DNA of 32,000 nucleotides from Candidatus Saccharimonadota bacterium (GTDB lineage Bacteria; Bacteroidota; Bacteroidia; Cytophagales; Amoebophilaceae): NCBI RefSeq assembly GCF_964030745.1, contig NZ_OZ034918.1, positions 1 to 32,000 of the forward strand, read 5' to 3'. Shown piece by piece: positions 26,041 to 32,000 of this stretch (position 1 is its first letter; each line of letters starts with the position of its first letter). The notes under the pieces were generated by a model. It saw only the letters and a program-made list of their open reading frames with translations, ran no database searches and was not told where the DNA came from. The position numbers and the translations under genes were made by a program.

Positions 26041-27171
26041 ATGACCGTAAAAGAAGCGCCAAAATATAACGATACTTCTGTTACTATATCTGATGTTGTA
26101 AACTACTTGGAGCAAAAAGTGCCCTTACAAAGCCAGCACCATGTAACAACACCCCATATTGTAGTGGGTGACGTAACCCATATAGTGACTGGCATACTGA
26201 TTGCTTTGGATATAACAGAAGCAGTATTGGATGAGGCTGTTGAAAAAGGATGTAATTTTATAGTTGTAAATCAGCCTATTTTTATTGATCCATTGGCCCA
26301 AGTTATTCCAGAAAATTATGCTGGGAAATGTGTGATCAAAGCGATAAAACATCAACTTACCATCTATGTTTTTAATACCAACTTAGATCACCTGGGGCGG
26401 GGGGTGAGCCATAGAATCACTAATTTGATTGAGTTACAAGAGATGCGTCCCATTATTCCTCACAAAGCAGTACTGTATAGGCTAACTACTTTTGTTCCAC
26501 TTCATGCAGCAAACCATTTGGTTCAATCTTTGTGTCAGGTAGGAGCTGTATTGGCTACACAAAATTTAACAAGTGTGGCTGCTCCTGTGCACCATGCAGC
26601 CTATTCAGCACATTTATCAGATTTTACCGCTGGTTCAGATTTAGAGTTTTCACAAGAAAGCCAGCTTAGTTTTATATTGCCTACCCCTTATAAGGAACAA
26701 ATCATTCAAACCTTACTACAGGTGCATCCTTATGAAAAGGTTACCTATTACTTAGAGCAAGTAGAAGCAATTGAAGACAATATGGGTAGTGGTGTAGTAG
26801 GTACTTTACCTATAGAGCTACCAGAAAAATATTTTCTAAAGTATATCAAAACAAAATTGAATTTATCCCATCTTCAACATACAAATTATTTTGACCGGCC
26901 CATCAAAAACGTAGCTGTTTATGCTGGAAGTGGGGGAGGATTGCTCAAAGAAGTATTGAGCAAAAAAATAGATGCATTTATTACAACAGGATTACAATAT
27001 GAACAGTTTTTAGAGGCTAATGGTAAAACATTATTGATTGATATAGGCTATCATGCTAGTCGATTAGGTCTGAAAAAACTAATCCTTGCATTATTATCAA
27101 AAGAATTTAATAATATTGTAGTACTACGCTGTAAAACTATTACCAATCCTATTCATCACATCAACGACTAA
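26041..27171 (+). CDS. Nif3-like (YbgI/DUF34) protein with substituted metal-ligand motifs
   Basis: Family layout: ..ALDITEAVLDEAVEKGCNFIVVNQPIFI.., ..IYVFNTNLD.., an inserted middle domain, and ..VAVYAGSGGG..DAFITTGLQYEQ..LIDIGYHASR... The ATG at 26041 is 4 codons inside the TTG ORF start. A COG1579-type zinc-ribbon gene follows, as is usual for this family. Confidence 0.8.
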   Translation: MTVKEAPKYNDTSVTISDVVNYLEQKVPLQSQHHVTTPHIVVGDVTHIVTGILIALDITEAVLDEAVEKGCNFIVVNQPIFIDPLAQVIPENYAGKCVIKAIKHQLTIYVFNTNLDHLGRGVSHRITNLIELQEMRPIIPHKAVLYRLTTFVPLHAANHLVQSLCQVGAVLATQNLTSVAAPVHHAAYSAHLSDFTAGSDLEFSQESQLSFILPTPYKEQIIQTLLQVHPYEKVTYYLEQVEAIEDNMGSGVVGTLPIELPEKYFLKYIKTKLNLSHLQHTNYFDRPIKNVAVYAGSGGGLLKEVLSKKIDAFITTGLQYEQFLEANGKTLLIDIGYHASRLGLKKLILALLSKEFNNIVVLRCKTITNPIHHIND

Positions 27172-27174
27172 CTA

Positions 27175-27924
27175 ATGGACAAAAATATTGCAATTAAATT
27201 GACAAAACTATCTGAACTTCAGGAAACTGATACCCATCTTAATGATATTGTAAAGCTTAGAGGAACGCTCCCAGAGGAGGTATATGCGTTAGAAATCCAT
27301 ATAAAAAACCTATCTGAAACCATACAAGAGCGTGAAATGGTATTGACTAACTTGCGAGAAGAGGTGGTTAGCAAGAAGGCATTTATCAAACAAGCTGAAA
27401 AAAAACTCCAACAGTACGAAGCACAACAAATGGAAGTTCGTAACAATAGGGAGTATGATGCGATTACTAAAGAACTGGAATTGCATAAGTTAGACATCCA
27501 ACTTGCAGAAAAGGCGCTACATACTGCTTATGGTAATATAGAGCAGGAACAGTCTAATTTAGAAGGGCTACATAAACTTTTAGAATCCAAAGAAGCGGAT
27601 TTGGTTTTAAAAAATGAAGAGCTGCAAGTAATTTTACAAGCAAGTGAAGCAGAAGAGTCTGCCTTGCATAAAAAAAGACAAGAGATCATAGCAATGTTAG
27701 GTGAGCCTTTATATCTTGCTTATGAAAGAATTAGAAAAAATGTGCCTAATAATTTAGCTGTGGTTCCTATTAAGAAAGGGGCTTGTGGGGGGTGTTGTAT
27801 AGTGATTCCTCCTCAGCAAAAAATAGGTGTATATGAGCGCAATAAAATAGTACTTTGCGAACATTGTGGTAGAATGTTAATTGCTTTGGAGCAGCCTATA
27901 GATGCACTTCTATTTGTTAGTTAG
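27175..27924 (+). CDS. Coiled-coil / C4 zinc-ribbon protein (COG1579-like, usual Nif3 partner)
   Basis: Long coiled coil followed by CGGCCIVIPPQQ...CEHCGRML. It starts 4 nt after the Nif3-like stop. Confidence 0.8.
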   Translation: MDKNIAIKLTKLSELQETDTHLNDIVKLRGTLPEEVYALEIHIKNLSETIQEREMVLTNLREEVVSKKAFIKQAEKKLQQYEAQQMEVRNNREYDAITKELELHKLDIQLAEKALHTAYGNIEQEQSNLEGLHKLLESKEADLVLKNEELQVILQASEAEESALHKKRQEIIAMLGEPLYLAYERIRKNVPNNLAVVPIKKGACGGCCIVIPPQQKIGVYERNKIVLCEHCGRMLIALEQPIDALLFVS

Positions 27925-28018
27925 CACATAAGTAAATATTTTAAATTAGTGGGGGCATAATGTAATGGTAGTTTTTGAACCATTGCTTTAGATTGCTTAC
28001 AATCAAGATCAAAAAGTT

Positions 28019-28384
28019 ATGGCAGAGGAAGCATACTCATCTGAGGATCTAAAATTTTTTGAAAAGATTCTTTTAGAAAAACTGGAAAAGGCTAACCATG
28101 AGCTTCAAGTACTGGAAAAGGTTTTGAGTCGTCAAGAGGCAGGGCTTGAATCTGCTGGTAAACCATTTGAGGAAAATGCAGAAGTAATAGAAACGGAAAA
28201 TGTGGGTCAATTAGCTGAGCGTCAGCAAAAATTCATCAAGCAAATTGAACTTGCTATTCAACGCATTAAAAATGGCACCTATGGTGTTTGTGTGGTAACG
28301 GGTAAGATGATAGATAAAGAGCGTTTGAAAGTAGTACCGCATACGATGTATGCAGTGGATGCAAAGTTAAGTCCAAAAAAATAA
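28019..28384 (+). CDS. DksA/TraR-family protein (Bacteroidota-type, incomplete Cys4)
   Basis: Coiled-coil N-terminal part, then GTYGVCVVTGKMIDKERLKVVPHTMYAVDAK. This is the typical DksA C-terminal layout but with a single Cys. Confidence 0.75.
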   Translation: MAEEAYSSEDLKFFEKILLEKLEKANHELQVLEKVLSRQEAGLESAGKPFEENAEVIETENVGQLAERQQKFIKQIELAIQRIKNGTYGVCVVTGKMIDKERLKVVPHTMYAVDAKLSPKK

Positions 28385-28435
28385 GTGTAATGGTTAGGTT
28401 TTATACATAGCTTTCTTTTGAAATCTGTTTATGCT

Positions 28436-29179
28436 ATGGAAGATTATGCTACTCAAGCTTGTACTGCATCTCTAATACGGTTAAACAAATTTATAAGTAA
28501 TGCTGGTGTTTGTGCCAGAAGGGAAGCAGACCAGCTTATTCAATCAGGTTGTATCACAGTAAATGGTGCAGTTGTACGAAGCGTGGGTACAAAAATACCG
28601 ATAGATGCAGTAGTGACCTATAAAGGTGTTGTTTTGCATATAGAAAAGCTACGGTATCTGCTTCTAAACAAGCCAAGAGGGTATGTTACGACACTACAAG
28701 ATCCTCAAGGGCGCAAAACAGTTTTGGATCTTGTTGGCAAACAATATTGTGCTGAGCGTATTTATCCCGTTGGCCGGCTGGATTATGATACCACAGGTCT
28801 CTTACTGCTCACCAACGATGGAGATTTGGCTCGTAAGCTCTCGCATCCTGCCAGTAAGGTCCCCAAGCTCTATCATGTTGTCTTGAACAAGGCGATACAA
28901 ACAGAGCATTTACAGGCTATTCAGCAAGGTCTCCTACTAGAGGACGGCCTAGCTAAGGTGGACCAAATTGCTATAGTAGAAGAAGATCCAACCCAAATAG
29001 GCATGGTGATCCATATGGGTAAGAACCGCATCGTTAGAAGGATTTTTAGCCATTTAGGCTATCTGGTTGATAGATTAGATAGGGTGGGCTATGCCCATCT
29101 TACTAAGCAGCATGTTCCTCGTGGGAAATGGATCTTTTTAAAGGACAAAGAGGTTCGTCAACTTAAAAATTTAGTTTAA
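28436..29179 (+). CDS. Pseudouridine synthase, RsuA/RluB family
   Basis: S4 domain IRLNKFISNAGVCARREADQLIQSGCITVNG and catalytic GRLDYDTTGLLLLTNDG. The ATG at 28436 is preferred over the TTG at 28418. Confidence 0.9.
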   Translation: MEDYATQACTASLIRLNKFISNAGVCARREADQLIQSGCITVNGAVVRSVGTKIPIDAVVTYKGVVLHIEKLRYLLLNKPRGYVTTLQDPQGRKTVLDLVGKQYCAERIYPVGRLDYDTTGLLLLTNDGDLARKLSHPASKVPKLYHVVLNKAIQTEHLQAIQQGLLLEDGLAKVDQIAIVEEDPTQIGMVIHMGKNRIVRRIFSHLGYLVDRLDRVGYAHLTKQHVPRGKWIFLKDKEVRQLKNLV

Positions 29180-29207
29180 GGAATTTATATGCTACTTTTC
29201 TTCCTCT

Positions 29208-30758
29208 ATGCGCGCATTCAAACGGCCTAAACCTGTTGTTTTATTGATTCTGGATGGCTGGGGTCATTCCTTAGAAACCCGCTACAATGCCATTTCAGCT
29301 GCACAAACTCCTTACTGGAACCATTTCATGCAGACCTTTCCCCATACCTTATTGGATGCATCTGGTGGTGCAGTAGGCTTACCAGAGGGTCAAATGGGTA
29401 ACTCAGAGGTGGGTCACTTAACAATTGGAACAGGTCGTGTGTTGCATCAGGATCTAACACGATTGGATAAAGCAATTGCAAGGGGGGATTTTTTTACCAA
29501 TAAAATATTTTTATCCGCTTTAAGTAAGGCAAAGCATACGAACGCATCGGTCCATATCATAGGACTGTTATCTCCCGGTGGTGTGCACAGCGATGAAAAG
29601 CATATCCATGCTTTATTAGCATTGTGTGGGCAAAAGGCTATACAAAACTGTTATATTCACGCTATTTTAGATGGGCGGGATACACCACCTACTAGTGCAG
29701 CCGCATCGATCGAGCTGCTTCAAAAGCAATGCCAACAAATAGGATTGGGTCACATTGCTTCACTGACTGGGCGCTATTATGCTATGGATAGAGACCATCG
29801 TTGGGAGCGTACACGAGCAGCTTATGATTGTATAGTCGCTGGCCAGGCAACCTATCATGCTGCAACAGCTTTAAGTGGATTGCAAGCAGCTTATGGTCGG
29901 GGTGAAACCGATGAGTTTGTACAACCCACCTGTTTGCATAAACCAGGTAAGCCACCGATAACGATTGAATCAGGAGATATTGTTTTTTTTATGAACTTTC
30001 GTTCAGATCGTGTAAGGCAACTCAGTCGTTCTTTAACGGATCCTGATTTTTCAAGTTTCAATCGTGGAGCATACCCCCGTTTGGGCGATTTCGTTTCGTT
30101 AACAGCCTACGCAGATGATATCCCTAGTCATATAGCTTTTCCTCCTCTATCTATACAAAACAGCTTAGGCGCTTGCCTCTCACAAGCAGGTTTAACACAG
30201 TTGCGTATTGCAGAAACAGAAAAATATGCCCATGTTACTTTCTTTTTTAATGGAGGCATTGAGCAACCCTTTCCTGGTGAAACCCGTTTATTGGTTCCTT
30301 CTAAAAAGGTAGCAACCTATGATCTAGTGCCTGAGATGGGTGCGCTAGAGATTACCGATCATCTGATAAAAGCCATTGAACAGCAAGCTCATGATGTCAT
30401 TATTTGCAATTTTGCCAATCCTGATATGCTTGGCCATACAGGTAATCAATTGGCTACAGAAGCAGGTATTACAATTGTAGATGGCTGTATGGGTAAAATT
30501 ATCGCTGCCTTGCAGCAGCAAGGTGGCCAAGCCATTATTACAGCTGATCATGGTAATGCAGAATGCATGTATGATTCGAAAATGAAACAACCTCATACTG
30601 CACATACCACAGCACCTGTTCCATTGCTATATATAGGCCGTTCAGCTAGCCTAGCAGCTGTTGGTACATTAGCAGATGTAGCGCCCACATTATTGGCTCT
30701 ACTAGGCTTACAGCCATCTAAAGAAATGACCGGAAGCAATTTGCTTACTTTTAGATAG
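29208..30758 (+). CDS. gpmI: 2,3-bisphosphoglycerate-independent phosphoglycerate mutase
   Basis: VLLILDGWG, GQMGNSEVGH (catalytic Ser), DGRDTPP, ADHGNAE. 516 aa. Confidence 0.96.
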   Translation: MRAFKRPKPVVLLILDGWGHSLETRYNAISAAQTPYWNHFMQTFPHTLLDASGGAVGLPEGQMGNSEVGHLTIGTGRVLHQDLTRLDKAIARGDFFTNKIFLSALSKAKHTNASVHIIGLLSPGGVHSDEKHIHALLALCGQKAIQNCYIHAILDGRDTPPTSAAASIELLQKQCQQIGLGHIASLTGRYYAMDRDHRWERTRAAYDCIVAGQATYHAATALSGLQAAYGRGETDEFVQPTCLHKPGKPPITIESGDIVFFMNFRSDRVRQLSRSLTDPDFSSFNRGAYPRLGDFVSLTAYADDIPSHIAFPPLSIQNSLGACLSQAGLTQLRIAETEKYAHVTFFFNGGIEQPFPGETRLLVPSKKVATYDLVPEMGALEITDHLIKAIEQQAHDVIICNFANPDMLGHTGNQLATEAGITIVDGCMGKIIAALQQQGGQAIITADHGNAECMYDSKMKQPHTAHTTAPVPLLYIGRSASLAAVGTLADVAPTLLALLGLQPSKEMTGSNLLTFR

Positions 30759-30775
30759 ACCGTTGTTGTATATAG

Positions 30776-32000
<1,225 letters not shown>

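Overview
This 32-kb chromosomal window looks like a reduced-genome intracellular Bacteroidota symbiont, possibly of the Amoebophilus/Cardinium type. That assignment is an inference from gene content only: a DUF3276/PUR-like protein, a single-Cys DksA-like protein, a long type-2-like IleRS, LpxK, many IS relics and a 20-repeat ankyrin protein. The window starts inside dnaA and ends inside eno. Most of it is ordinary housekeeping: dnaA, a csp plus DEAD-box helicase pair, pheT, zapA, malic enzyme, rlmN, ychF, ferredoxin, greA, pgk, accA, ileS, lpxK, a Nif3-like/zinc-ribbon pair, a DksA-like gene, rluB-like, gpmI and eno. No rRNA, tRNA or CRISPR array was seen.

The unusual content falls into four groups:
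1. An accessory 'junkyard' island at about 3.1-7.0 kb. It holds eukaryote-type C2H2 zinc fingers with TGEK linkers and an ANK-like ORF with a decayed finger at its tail. It also holds a Fic-family C-terminal relic, an IS3 OrfB relic, an intact Rpn/YhgA-like nuclease-transposase gene, an IS4/IS1634-like relic and a 121-bp long palindrome that splits the finger array.
2. A previously unannotated family of 142-145-bp MITE/Correia-like elements with about 22-40-bp terminal inverted repeats. Two ~94%-identical direct copies bracket the ferredoxin gene, and a third, diverged copy follows rlmN. Two of the three copies supply the last codons and the stop codon of the upstream gene.
3. A signal-anchored 739-aa ankyrin protein.
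4. A Nif3-like protein in which the family's metal-ligand motifs appear substituted.

All family assignments are by-eye motif recognition. No database search was run.
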